DNA of 64,000 nucleotides from Candidatus Omnitrophota bacterium (GTDB lineage Bacteria; Omnitrophota; Omnitrophia; Omnitrophales; Omnitrophaceae): contig JAKQXH010000044.1 of assembly GCA_029561555.1 (NCBI GenBank), positions 9,691 to 73,690 of the forward strand. The letters are read 5' to 3'. The notes below the pieces were generated by a model. That model made no database searches and was not told the origin of the DNA. It saw only the letters and a program-made list of their open reading frames with translations. The translations under genes were made by a program, and so were the position numbers. This document shows, one piece after another, positions 19,599 to 29,276 of the stretch (position 1 is its first letter; the number at the start of each line of letters is the position of its first letter).

Positions 19599-20528
19599 TT
19601 ATAACCCGACTGAGTTTCTGATGATGTAGTTCGGCCGTTTGGCGACGTCCCGGTAAATCCGGCCGAGATACAAACCGAAAACGCCGATGGTAAACAAAAC
19701 GATGCCGTTCAGAAAGAAAATAGAACTCATGATGGCCGTCCATCCGGGCATATCATTGCGTCCGAGCAGCTTGTTCAGCAGAATGACCACAAAGCACGCG
19801 AAGGAAAGAAATGAGATGGCAAATCCGAGAAAAAGCGACAACCGGAGAGGGGCGGCCGAGAAGGTGATGACACCCCTTTCAAATTCTTTCATGGGACCCC
19901 ACCCGAGCAGGGGGAAGTGAGTCTGTCCCTTGTGCCGGGCTTCTCTTTCGTAGAAAACGTTTTCCTGCTTGAACCCGATCCAGTGCACCAGACCGCGCAT
20001 GAAAGGATCGTATTCTTCGAGCCGGACCAACTCACTGACGGCCCTCCTCGATAAAAGCTTGAAATCCCCGGAGTTGGGGAGAATCTTGGTTTCGGAGATC
20101 AGATTCAGAAAGCGATAAGCCATTCCGGTGAGAAATAGCTTGACCGGATTTTCCCCTTTCCGTTTGGTCCTTGTCGAGTGGACGATTTCCGCGCCGTTGC
20201 GCCATTTCTCGACCATGGCGGGAATCACTTCGGGGGGGTCCTGAAGATCGCAATCCATATATACGACGGCGTCTCCGGATGCCGCCCTTAAGCCCGCCAA
20301 AGCGCATTGATGGACCCCGAAACACCGGGACATATTGATGATCTTGACGGCCGGGTCCTTTTCCCGTTCTTTCAGGAGGATATCAAGTGAATTGTCCGTG
20401 GAATCGTCATTAACGAAAATCATTTCGTAATCAAGGGAGAGATGTTTTGCGACAGCACGGACCCGCTTGATCAGTTCTTCAAAGACTTCCGCTTCATTGC
20501 GGAAAGAAAACACAATGGACAGCAGCAT
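19599..20528 (-). CDS. GT2 polyprenyl-phosphate glycosyltransferase (GtrB/ArnC/YkcC-like)
   Basis: VNDDSTD, MDCDLQDPPE, GDFKLLSR, two C-terminal TMs, RPNYII. SD AAGGAGG before ATG 20528. Confidence 0.88.
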   Translation of the reverse strand: MLLSIVFSFRNEAEVFEELIKRVRAVAKHLSLDYEMIFVNDDSTDNSLDILLKEREKDPAVKIINMSRCFGVHQCALAGLRAASGDAVVYMDCDLQDPPEVIPAMVEKWRNGAEIVHSTRTKRKGENPVKLFLTGMAYRFLNLISETKILPNSGDFKLLSRRAVSELVRLEEYDPFMRGLVHWIGFKQENVFYEREARHKGQTHFPLLGWGPMKEFERGVITFSAAPLRLSLFLGFAISFLSFACFVVILLNKLLGRNDMPGWTAIMSSIFFLNGIVLFTIGVFGLYLGRIYRDVAKRPNYIIRNSVGL

Positions 20529-20620
20529 GGGCACCCTCCTTTTTCTGCGGGGCAGCAATTTTCAGGCGCTATTGTGACATAAAACGGCCCCGTATTGAAC
20601 CAAGAAATAACTTTAACCGG

Positions 20621-22192
20621 TTAATCCGACGCTTGCCCGGGAGGGTTTGGTCTGTCCTTGAATTCCGTCAATCCCGAAAAGGCGCTTAAAAAAAAGCGGA
20701 ACGAAACGGCCGTTTCCCTCTTTATCACGCTATAGTAAAAAAATTGAACGAGTTTCACGAAAAGAGAGACCGCCAAGACGCAATACCCGGAGAATTTCCC
20801 GAGACGTTTTAAAAGGCTTTCGGTTTTTCGGAATTTTCCGGGACGAAAATCCAGGACCGAAAGATTGTCCCAAATTCTCCGGAAGCGGGCGTATGATGCA
20901 AAATACGCGTAAAGCAAATCCCTCCGGATTTCCGCCTCCGTGCTGCCGGGCGGGACATAAGAGAAAGGGGTCGGCTTGAAAGGATTTTCGATCAGCAGTG
21001 ATACCGAATTGAAATTTTCCCAAAGCCCTTTAACGTTTAAACGGTTCTGCTTTTTTGCGATTTCGTACAGTTCCGTTCCGGGGAAGGGGGTGGCGTTGTT
21101 GTAGCGGACAACGTCCAGTTTTAATTTTTGATCCATCCGGACGGAAGCCATTCTGTTTTCGCGGCTGTCGCCGGGAAGTCCGAAGATGAAAGTCGCGCGG
21201 ATCTTGAAACCCGCTTGTTTTGCCTGTCGGACCGCATCGGCCATTTGAGCGCTGGTTTCTCCCTTTTTGATCGTTTTGAGAACATCGTCGGTGGCGGCTT
21301 CCAGGCCGAAACTGATGGTGTCGAATCCGCTCACGCGAAGCTCTTGCAATAGAGCGGCATCGATATTGTCCGCCCGGGCTTGACAGTCAAACCGCATTTT
21401 TTTGTGCAACTCCTTTTCCCGGATTCCTTTCAGCAGAGCGCAGACTTTGTTCCGGTCAATCAGAAAACTGTCGTCCAGGAAGGAGATGTTGCGAAGATGG
21501 TACCGGCTGCCGAGAAGTTCCAATTCTTCGAAAACGGCTTCAGCGGGCCGGAAACGGAATTTCAGGCCGGTCACGATACGATTACTGCAAAAGATGCATT
21601 TGAAGGGGCAGCCTCTGGAGCTCATGATGAACCCGAGGTCATAAGATTCCGGAGAGAATAAATGATACGGGAATAAAGGGTAATCGGAAAGATCGTCGTG
21701 CGGGAAAAGTCTTTGATTGTGGATGATTTTCCCGCTCTGCTTGCGGGAAAGGTTCGGGATGTGAGAGACGGGACTTCCGTTTTTCAGGCACCGGTATAAT
21801 TCCGGCAGCGTTCGCTCGGATTCTCCGCTGAGGACAAAATCGACATGATCATACGCCAAGGACTCTTCGGGGAGCGCGGTTGGGTGGATGTTTCCGAACA
21901 AAATAATAGAGTCGGGATACAATGTCTTTAGAATTTTCGAAAGTTCGATCGCGCGTTTGAAGCTTGCCGTCAGTACGCTGAATCCGAAAATATAAGGTTT
22001 TTCCAGTCGCGCGATCGTTTCCGCAATGCGCGGTAAGATGCGGTCTTCAATTTGCTCGTCGATATAATGGGGGGTGATTCCTTCCCGTTCCAAAAACGCC
22101 ATCAGATAGCCGATGCCGATCGGGATCCAGCGGGGCAGGAACGGCTGAAACAATCTGAGTGTGTCTTTGGAAGATGGGTTGATGAGAATCAT
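20621..22192 (-). CDS. Cobalamin-binding-domain radical SAM enzyme
   Basis: MILINP, PIGIGYL, FGNIHPT, SSRGCPFKCIFC, LDDSF, FGLEA, TPFPGT. Confidence 0.9.
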   Translation of the reverse strand: MILINPSSKDTLRLFQPFLPRWIPIGIGYLMAFLEREGITPHYIDEQIEDRILPRIAETIARLEKPYIFGFSVLTASFKRAIELSKILKTLYPDSIILFGNIHPTALPEESLAYDHVDFVLSGESERTLPELYRCLKNGSPVSHIPNLSRKQSGKIIHNQRLFPHDDLSDYPLFPYHLFSPESYDLGFIMSSRGCPFKCIFCSNRIVTGLKFRFRPAEAVFEELELLGSRYHLRNISFLDDSFLIDRNKVCALLKGIREKELHKKMRFDCQARADNIDAALLQELRVSGFDTISFGLEAATDDVLKTIKKGETSAQMADAVRQAKQAGFKIRATFIFGLPGDSRENRMASVRMDQKLKLDVVRYNNATPFPGTELYEIAKKQNRLNVKGLWENFNSVSLLIENPFKPTPFSYVPPGSTEAEIRRDLLYAYFASYARFRRIWDNLSVLDFRPGKFRKTESLLKRLGKFSGYCVLAVSLFVKLVQFFYYSVIKRETAVSFRFFLSAFSGLTEFKDRPNPPGQASD

Positions 22193-22195
22193 GGC

Positions 22196-23620
22196 TTACT
22201 TTTGATTCATTTTGCTCAGCATATGAAAACCGGTCTTAATGGTTCGATAGGCTTCTTCGGGTTTGATATGAAGAAGCCGTTTCAGAAGATATCCGGGCCG
22301 GCGGTAAAAGTTCCTGACCGCCTTCCGGCGCATTTGCTCCAGGGTTTCATATGAATAATCTTTTGTCCAAGCCAAAAGCGGCATGGCGGGGGCCGGTTGC
22401 ATCGCGTATTCTCTCCAGAAATCTCTTTGAAGAATCCCTTGCTCCAGCGCCATTTGGTAAGCCTCGGTTCCCGGGAGGATGTTGAATATCGCGTATTCCA
22501 GATAGGTCGGCTTGATTTCCTGCGCGAGCTTGATGGTCTCGCCCATCTCTTCAAGCGTTTCTCCGGGGTTTCCCAAAATAAAATAGGCGACGGTGTCGAT
22601 TCCGCATTGATTGGTCAACGCGAAACACTTTCGGATCATGCCGACGTCCGTTTCTTTCTTCAAAATTTTCAGAACCCGGTCCGTGCCGGCTTCGACTCCG
22701 TATTGAATTCTCTGGCAGCCCGCTTTTTTTATTAATTTCAGCATCTCGAGGTTGACCGCGTTGACTCGGCCCCGGAAAGACCATTTGAATTTTAATTTTC
22801 TTTGAAGGACTTCGGTCGCGAATTCGATTACGCGTTTGACGTTCAGGTTGAAAGTCTCGTCGTAGAACTCCACTTCTTTAATGCCTAAATCGAGGTAGAT
22901 CTCAATTTGTCGAAGCACCTTTTCCATGGACAGTAAACGGATGCGGCTGAAGTCCAATTTGCAAAAGATGCAATGAAAAGGGCATCCCCGTGCGCTGATG
23001 GCCGTGGCCATCGGGTTGTTGGTCAGGAAAGACCGGTATTTTTTATAGGGCAGGAGCGTGAGGTCGGGAATGGGCAGGGAATTCAGGTCTTGGAGTTGAA
23101 ATTCTTTGAATGAATCCAAATCATCCGCTAAGTTTTCTGATGTGTAAAGCCCCGAAATCCTTCCAAGACTCTCATTTCCCCCGAAATTCCGGCACAGTTC
23201 GGAAAAAGGAATCTCTCCGTCCCCCAGAACGACGGAATCGATTCCCGGCAACCGGAGGGATTCTTTCGGGAAAATCGAAAGATGCGGACCGCCCCAGCAA
23301 ATATGCGCGGAGGGGAGAGCTTTTTTTATGATTTGCGTCACGCGAAAAGCGGAATAAAGTTTGAAGGTCACGACGGTGATCCCGACAATGTCCGGCCGGT
23401 AATCCGTTACCAGGCGGATTAACTCTTCTTCGCCGAGGCACTCCAGCTGATTGTCGAGCAGTTTTACTTCAATGTGCGGTTGATTTTTCAGATAGGTCCC
23501 GACGGAAAGAATCCCTAAGGGAGGCTTTTTTTCCATCGCCTCATGGACTTCGTTCATGGTGGTGGCGATCCGTTCCGAAAGATGAGGATTGATCAAAAGG
23601 ATTTTTAGTCTGCCCGCCAT
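22196..23620 (-). CDS. Cobalamin-binding-domain radical SAM enzyme
   Basis: ILLINP, PPLGILSV, GGPHLS, GDGE, SARGCPFHCIFC, YDETF, YGVEAG. Confidence 0.9.
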   Translation of the reverse strand: MAGRLKILLINPHLSERIATTMNEVHEAMEKKPPLGILSVGTYLKNQPHIEVKLLDNQLECLGEEELIRLVTDYRPDIVGITVVTFKLYSAFRVTQIIKKALPSAHICWGGPHLSIFPKESLRLPGIDSVVLGDGEIPFSELCRNFGGNESLGRISGLYTSENLADDLDSFKEFQLQDLNSLPIPDLTLLPYKKYRSFLTNNPMATAISARGCPFHCIFCKLDFSRIRLLSMEKVLRQIEIYLDLGIKEVEFYDETFNLNVKRVIEFATEVLQRKLKFKWSFRGRVNAVNLEMLKLIKKAGCQRIQYGVEAGTDRVLKILKKETDVGMIRKCFALTNQCGIDTVAYFILGNPGETLEEMGETIKLAQEIKPTYLEYAIFNILPGTEAYQMALEQGILQRDFWREYAMQPAPAMPLLAWTKDYSYETLEQMRRKAVRNFYRRPGYLLKRLLHIKPEEAYRTIKTGFHMLSKMNQK

Positions 23621-23688
23621 TTTTTTATCCGCGCGTCGTGCGCTGTTTTAACGAAAAAACGATTTAACTTGCGATAAACAATCGCAGG

Positions 23689-24720
23689 TCAGCGGCTTTT
23701 TAGAGTGCTGATCACTTGTCCTGCGAGAACTTTGAGGTCCAGGCTTGCGATTTTATTGAATTCATTATAGCAGGGGAAGTAACAAGTTTTGCAGGCGTGC
23801 CCGGAACAGTGTTCCCAAGCCTTTTCAATGCCGACTTTCCTGAAGTCCAGGGCGTCAAAGGCGTCGATTAACTGAACGCAGGGATAGGTTCGCCCGTCCG
23901 CGTCGATGAACATCATGAAACGGCCGGCGAAACAGCGTATGTAATCAAAATCGGGTTCTTGCCCCATGACAATGCGTTGATGAGGATCCGGCCAATCGGC
24001 CGCGTAGCGGTAAACGGCTTCCGAGAACAAAATCGGGGCTCCTTGTTTTTTAAGTTCCGCGACCCGGTTGGCCGCTTTCCGGAAAAGGTTTTGCTCGGCC
24101 ATGTATCGGTCCGATTCGCTTTTCCCGCCGGATTGATGAAAGAGAAAATTGAATTCCGCCTGCATCCTTTTTTCCCGGGCCAGGTTGACGATCCAGTCCA
24201 CCGCGTCTGTGTTGTGCCGGGTGATGACCGTTGTCGTGTGAACTTTTATCCCGGCCCGGAGTGCCGCGTCGATTCCCGCCATGATTTCTTCGAAAGATCC
24301 CGTTCCCCGGTTTGCGTCGTTCATTTCCTTGGGCCCGTCGATGGAAACGGTGACCATGTCGATGTCTTTCAGATCCGGAAGCCGCCGGGGGATCAAAATC
24401 CCGTTGGTGTTCATCCCGCATTCAATTCCGCAGTCTTTGATCTTCCGGATGAGAAAGCCGATGTCGTTGCGGAGGAGAGGCTCTCCGCCTCCCAGCGTGA
24501 TGGAACGCGTGCCGAGTTTCCGGAGCCCGTCAATCAGGCCGGAGAGTTCTTCCGTCGTGAAGTCCGCATCCTTTCGCCCGAAATATTGGCCGTAGCAGTA
24601 GCCGCACTTCAGATTGCACCGGAAGGTCGTGTTCAAGACAACAACGAGGGGGGTTCTTCCCCCGGTAAACCGGTCTTTTAAGAGTGTTGCGAAAAATGCG
24701 GCGCGATTGTAAAAGCCCAT
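23689..24720 (-). CDS. Radical SAM protein with SPASM/twitch-type domain (paralog of 11191 and 24743)
   Basis: CNLKCGYC, GGGEPLLR, NTNG, SIDG; C-terminal CFAGR...IDADGRTYPC...CKTCYFPC. Confidence 0.9.
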   Translation of the reverse strand: MGFYNRAAFFATLLKDRFTGGRTPLVVVLNTTFRCNLKCGYCYGQYFGRKDADFTTEELSGLIDGLRKLGTRSITLGGGEPLLRNDIGFLIRKIKDCGIECGMNTNGILIPRRLPDLKDIDMVTVSIDGPKEMNDANRGTGSFEEIMAGIDAALRAGIKVHTTTVITRHNTDAVDWIVNLAREKRMQAEFNFLFHQSGGKSESDRYMAEQNLFRKAANRVAELKKQGAPILFSEAVYRYAADWPDPHQRIVMGQEPDFDYIRCFAGRFMMFIDADGRTYPCVQLIDAFDALDFRKVGIEKAWEHCSGHACKTCYFPCYNEFNKIASLDLKVLAGQVISTLKSR

Positions 24721-24742
24721 GCGGTTCCTCTGTTTTAGTGCG

Positions 24743-25780
24743 TCAAGATTTCACATAATTCCATATAACGGCAGGATTCAGATCCATCAAAAGCCCGAAC
24801 TCATGATGATAAATTTGATAGCAGGCTTTGCAGGGGTGCCTGGATGCCGTTTGCCATGCCCGCGCGACTCCCGTCTCGAGAACATTGTCCGCGTCAATTT
24901 TACCGATCAGATGCGGGCAGGCCCATAAGGTCCCGTCCGGGTCGATGATCCCGAAGAATTTTCCCGCCGGGCATCCCGGCATCCCCTCCGGCGGAGGGGC
25001 GTTCACGACGCCTTCGATCGAGAAATCTTTCCAGCAGTTTAAAACGCTTTGAAAGGCTTTTGCGGAAGTCAGGATCGGGGCGCCTTCCTTTTTCCTTCGG
25101 ATAATATGAAGAAGCGCGTTCCGGAATTCTTCCGTGGAGGGTTTGAATTCGTCCTCCGGAAGGCTGTTCCCGAAAATGTTGGAGATCACAAGGGAAAATT
25201 CCGTTTTGAAGCCGTACCGACGGGCCAGATCCAGCAGGTAATCGATGTCATTCAGATTATGTTTGCTGAGGACCGTATTCGAATGAACACGAATGCCGGC
25301 TTTCCTCGCCGCGATAATGCCGTTGAGGGCCTTTGCCGCGGTTCCCGCGCCCCGAAGCCGGTCATGATGCTCGGGCCGGCCGTCGAGACTGACGGCCAGG
25401 GAATCCGGTCGGGATCTTGCCGTTTTTAATTCCGAGAGAAACTGGGGGATGAGGATCCCGTTTGAATTCAGCGTGGAATACATTCCCAGGGAATTGACGA
25501 ATGCGATCAGTTCGCCGATGTCTTTCCGCAATAGCGGCTCTCCGCCGCCGAAACTGATTCGTTGACAGCCGTTTTGGCGGAGCGCCAGGATTATTTCCTT
25601 GACCTTTTCCGTGGACAGTTCGTTTTCACCGCTCCGGTTGTAATATTCCGCATAACAATGCCTGCAACGTGAATTGCAGCGGTTCGTCAGGTTGATGATG
25701 ACGGTTAAGGGAACATTTTTCCGGAGCAATTTCGACCGGAGCAGTCCAAAGAAAAATCGACAGCTTTTCAGGATTGCCAT
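24743..25780 (-). CDS. Radical SAM protein with SPASM/twitch-type domain
   Basis: CNSRCRHC, GGGEPLLR, NSNG, SLDG; C-terminal CPAGK...IDPDGTLWAC...CKAC. Confidence 0.9.
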   Translation of the reverse strand: MAILKSCRFFFGLLRSKLLRKNVPLTVIINLTNRCNSRCRHCYAEYYNRSGENELSTEKVKEIILALRQNGCQRISFGGGEPLLRKDIGELIAFVNSLGMYSTLNSNGILIPQFLSELKTARSRPDSLAVSLDGRPEHHDRLRGAGTAAKALNGIIAARKAGIRVHSNTVLSKHNLNDIDYLLDLARRYGFKTEFSLVISNIFGNSLPEDEFKPSTEEFRNALLHIIRRKKEGAPILTSAKAFQSVLNCWKDFSIEGVVNAPPPEGMPGCPAGKFFGIIDPDGTLWACPHLIGKIDADNVLETGVARAWQTASRHPCKACYQIYHHEFGLLMDLNPAVIWNYVKS

Positions 25781-25789
25781 GAAGAAGCG

Positions 25790-27307
25790 CTACTCCAGAT
25801 ATTCCCGAAGATAACCCAGGAAAAATCCCGGGTTCTGAAAGAACCCCATGTCATGCGCGAGGGCCATGTAAAATCGCGGCCGCTTCAGGGCGTCGAGCAG
25901 GAGGCTTTTCCGATTGATCCGGGCAAATTCCTCCATGGCCCCGTCGAGGACCCGCTTTTTTTCTTCCGCATCAATGCCTTCGGTCAGAGAAGAAGCGGTG
26001 CTGATATGGCAACGGTCCCGGTATTCGGCCAAGCCCTGAGGATTTTTCCTTGCGAGAAAATCCGCAAGTTCGGTTCCCGCGGCGGGCGTGGCCAGATAAG
26101 GATAAACGATATAAGGCTTGATTTCCTTGATGAGATTGACGGTGTCCCGTATTTCTTTCGTGCCTTCCCAGGGGAGGCCGACCATGCAGAAAGCGACCAT
26201 GTAGAGGCCGTGCTTGCGGATCAATTTCGCGCATCGGCGCACGTCATCCACCGTGTTGCCTTTTTTGATCAGTTCCCGGATGCCGGGATTTCCGACCTCC
26301 ACGCCGACCGCGATATGCTGTCCGCCGGCTTTCTTCATCATGGACAGCGTTTTATCGTCCGCCATTTCCGCCCGCGTCTGTGCCGACCAAAAAAGCGGAA
26401 GGCGGCGACGGAGAAGCAGGTCGCAGAATTCGAGGGCCCGGTCTTTTTGAATGAAGAAAATGTCATCGCAGATATAAAAGTATCTTGTGCCAAAACGCCG
26501 GTACACGCTTTCCATTTCATCGACCATGTTTTTCGCGGAGCGGAGGCGGGGTTTGTATCCCCAGCTCGTGTGACACCCGCAGAAGACGCAATCGAAGGGG
26601 CATCCCCTTGAACCGTAAATTCCCTGGAATGAGTGGGGAGGTGTTTTTTCGGCACCGTAGAGGAGGTGCCGGGCGGGAAAGGGAAGCCAGTCTAAATCTT
26701 CAAGCGGGGGCCGGTCTTCATTGTGAACCATGCCGCCGTTTTTCTTCCAACTGAGGCCTTTGATTTTCGAAAAGTCGTTTGATTTTGACGCCAACGCTTG
26801 AACCAGTTCAACTGCGGTGACTTCCGGCTCCTTCCTCAGGGCGAAATCCATGACGGAAACGTCCGCGTTCGTGCTGGGGTCGATGGCACAGTGCAGTCCG
26901 CGGTTGGTGCAGCCTTCAAAGACGGTTTTAATGGCGGGGTCCAGTTCTTTCGCTGTTTTTGCGATTTTGTTTCCCGCGGTGAGCGTGGTGCTGAAAACGC
27001 TGAGGAATAACAGGTCCGGCCGGTATTGCCGGATGAATTGCCGTATTTCTTCCCAAATCGGGTCCCCGTCGTCGTGCAATCGCCGGTCGTATTCTTCCGC
27101 GAGCTCCGTGAGGGCTTTAATGTTCAGATGGTTGGTGTTTCCGAGAATGGTTTTTTTGTGCGGATCAAAATCCGCGTTGTAAATCAAGATATCGTTAAAT
27201 CCGGCCTTTTCGAGTACGGCCGCGATGTAACAGCAGGAAGGGGGATAGTGAACGAGGGATGCCCTTTGCAAACGGTAAAAGGGAGGGTTGATGATCAGAA
27301 TTTTCAT
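25790..27307 (-). CDS. Cobalamin-binding-domain radical SAM enzyme (divergent B12 domain)
   Basis: MKILIINPP, GSRGCPFDCVFC, CDDIF, GVEVG, TPAAGT. The usual GGxHxT loop reads EGCTNRGLHCA. Confidence 0.85.
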   Translation of the reverse strand: MKILIINPPFYRLQRASLVHYPPSCCYIAAVLEKAGFNDILIYNADFDPHKKTILGNTNHLNIKALTELAEEYDRRLHDDGDPIWEEIRQFIRQYRPDLLFLSVFSTTLTAGNKIAKTAKELDPAIKTVFEGCTNRGLHCAIDPSTNADVSVMDFALRKEPEVTAVELVQALASKSNDFSKIKGLSWKKNGGMVHNEDRPPLEDLDWLPFPARHLLYGAEKTPPHSFQGIYGSRGCPFDCVFCGCHTSWGYKPRLRSAKNMVDEMESVYRRFGTRYFYICDDIFFIQKDRALEFCDLLLRRRLPLFWSAQTRAEMADDKTLSMMKKAGGQHIAVGVEVGNPGIRELIKKGNTVDDVRRCAKLIRKHGLYMVAFCMVGLPWEGTKEIRDTVNLIKEIKPYIVYPYLATPAAGTELADFLARKNPQGLAEYRDRCHISTASSLTEGIDAEEKKRVLDGAMEEFARINRKSLLLDALKRPRFYMALAHDMGFFQNPGFFLGYLREYLE

Positions 27308-28299
27308 TGTTTTTTATCTCGTTGCGCTAAGGATCGCATCCAGCGGATCGTTTTTTCCAGATCGAAAGCGATGGGCCCCGGAGCAAATCCCAGTTCCCGC
27401 TTTGCTTTTTCATTCGAATAAAAATGATACCGGCCGAGATAGGAATTGACCGATTTCAGGCTCAAGGGCATTGTTTTCTTGGTTATGACGGACAATGCGT
27501 CGAACCCCAATCCCGCGGTTCGGAGAAAAAACATGGGCAAGGGAAACCGGATGCGTTTTTCTCCGAAAAGAGAATCGATTTGCCCGACAATGTCTCTGAA
27601 TCTCATATTCGCGTTTGACAAAATGTATCGCCCGAACGTTTTTCCTTTTTCAAGCGCAAGCCGGTGCCCTTCGGCGACATCTTCAACTCCCACCAGATTG
27701 ATGCCTCCGGGAAGATAGAAGGGCCAGTTTTTCAACTTGGCTATTATAGCATTTGAAGGAGTGATGCGAAAATCATCCGCTCCGATAACGGTCGAGGGAC
27801 AGACGGTGACGAGAGGAAGCTTTCTTTCTCTGGCGAAGGATAAAAGCTCTATCTCGGATCTCAGTTTGGCTTCCACGTAGGCGGATCCCGGGGTTTCGTT
27901 CCAGGATGTTTCGTCGAGCAAACGGGAAGGGGATAAGGAAGCGCCGACGGCGGCGACCGAACCGGTGTAAATGAATTTCCGAACGCCGGCATTCAGGGAA
28001 GCTTTGGCGGTATTGAGGCTGCCTTCGATCGCGGTTTTCAGGATTTCTTCTTTCCGGCAGGGATCGGTCGAGTAAACGGCTGCGGTATGAATGACGCCTT
28101 CACATTGGGCTAGAGCGTCCGTCAGACTTTTCAGATTAAGGATATCTCCTTCGACGATTTCAAAATTTCCCTTCAGGTTTTCCAGGGCTTTCCGATTGCT
28201 GCCGGGACGGCAAAAAGCTTTGACGCGATATCCGCAGTGAAGCAGATTTTTTACCACATGGCTTCCGATGTGACCGTTTGCCCCCGTGACGAGAATCAT
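27304..28299 (-). CDS. NAD-dependent epimerase/reductase, extended SDR (dihydroflavonol-reductase/HpnA-like)
   Basis: VTGANGHIG, HTAA, YVEAK (YxxxK), NLVGVEDVAEGH...GRYIL. Start ATG 28299 overlaps the upstream stop as ATGA. Confidence 0.85.
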   Translation of the reverse strand: MILVTGANGHIGSHVVKNLLHCGYRVKAFCRPGSNRKALENLKGNFEIVEGDILNLKSLTDALAQCEGVIHTAAVYSTDPCRKEEILKTAIEGSLNTAKASLNAGVRKFIYTGSVAAVGASLSPSRLLDETSWNETPGSAYVEAKLRSEIELLSFARERKLPLVTVCPSTVIGADDFRITPSNAIIAKLKNWPFYLPGGINLVGVEDVAEGHRLALEKGKTFGRYILSNANMRFRDIVGQIDSLFGEKRIRFPLPMFFLRTAGLGFDALSVITKKTMPLSLKSVNSYLGRYHFYSNEKAKRELGFAPGPIAFDLEKTIRWMRSLAQRDKKQ

Positions 28300-29276
28300 T
28301 CTTTTGGAAATGGATTCCTGCCGGATATTGACCGAAACAGGTGAAAGAGACAGTTCCATATTCCGGAAAAGATCCCCATGACGCAGACGATATCGCGGAC
28401 GAGAATGACACCGGTGCTTTTTGCGAGCGGGAGGCGGTTTTGTCTGAGGAAAAGCAGGAAGCTCCGGTTGAGGATGACGATTGCGGCCATGCCGGCCAGG
28501 GAGAGAAGGGGATGTTTCCACAGCGCGGCCAGCGTGATCATCGTCAGGACGGTTTCCAGATAAATCCCCTGTCCCTGGTGGGTCTTGGAGAAAATCATGC
28601 CAGGATGGCAGTAATAGGACCAGACCGTGTCTCTCGCGAAGCGGAACTGCTGTTTGAGATATCCTCGCAGGGAATTTTTAAAATGATGAAGGACCCCGTT
28701 GTCTTTGTCCCAGTAAATTTCGTATTTTTGGCTGATTTTGAAAGAAAGACGGAGGTCCTCGCAGACATACCGTTCCGGGAATTTTCCGCATTCGTAGAAA
28801 ACATCCCGGGTACAGGCAAAATTATTCGCAACCAGCGTTTTAACGAAAGCGGGAGTGTTTTTCCTTCTGTGCGCCAATTCCAGATGGGCGAACCGCTCGA
28901 TAAAAGAATTCCCTTCGGAGCCGGAGTACCCTCCGCCGACGCATCGGACCCGAAAGGATTCTATGTCACGCAGGATGTTCGCGAGCCAGTTTTCCGGGAG
29001 TATGACATCCGCGTCCGTGAAGGCGAGAATTTCCCCGGATGAGGCATCGGCCCCCCGGTTTCTCGCGGCCCCCACGCCTTGATTTTTTTCGCTGCGTGTG
29101 ACTTTTGCGTAACGGGCCGCGATTGATGCGGTCTCGTCCGTGGAGGCGTCATCCGCGACAATGATTTCAAAATCGAGGAAAGTCTGCCGGATGAGCGATT
29201 CAAGGCATTTGTCGATGAATCCTGCCGCGTTATAGGCCGGAATAACGACGGATATTTTCGGCATGATGGTCGTCAA
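28296..29276 (-). CDS. GT2 family glycosyltransferase with C-terminal TMs
   Basis: SVVIPAYN, DDASTD, GAARNRG, FTDADV, CEDLRL, QQFRF. Start TTG 29276 or ATG 29264. Confidence 0.88.
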   Translation of the reverse strand: MTTIMPKISVVIPAYNAAGFIDKCLESLIRQTFLDFEIIVADDASTDETASIAARYAKVTRSEKNQGVGAARNRGADASSGEILAFTDADVILPENWLANILRDIESFRVRCVGGGYSGSEGNSFIERFAHLELAHRRKNTPAFVKTLVANNFACTRDVFYECGKFPERYVCEDLRLSFKISQKYEIYWDKDNGVLHHFKNSLRGYLKQQFRFARDTVWSYYCHPGMIFSKTHQGQGIYLETVLTMITLAALWKHPLLSLAGMAAIVILNRSFLLFLRQNRLPLAKSTGVILVRDIVCVMGIFSGIWNCLFHLFRSISGRNPFPKE

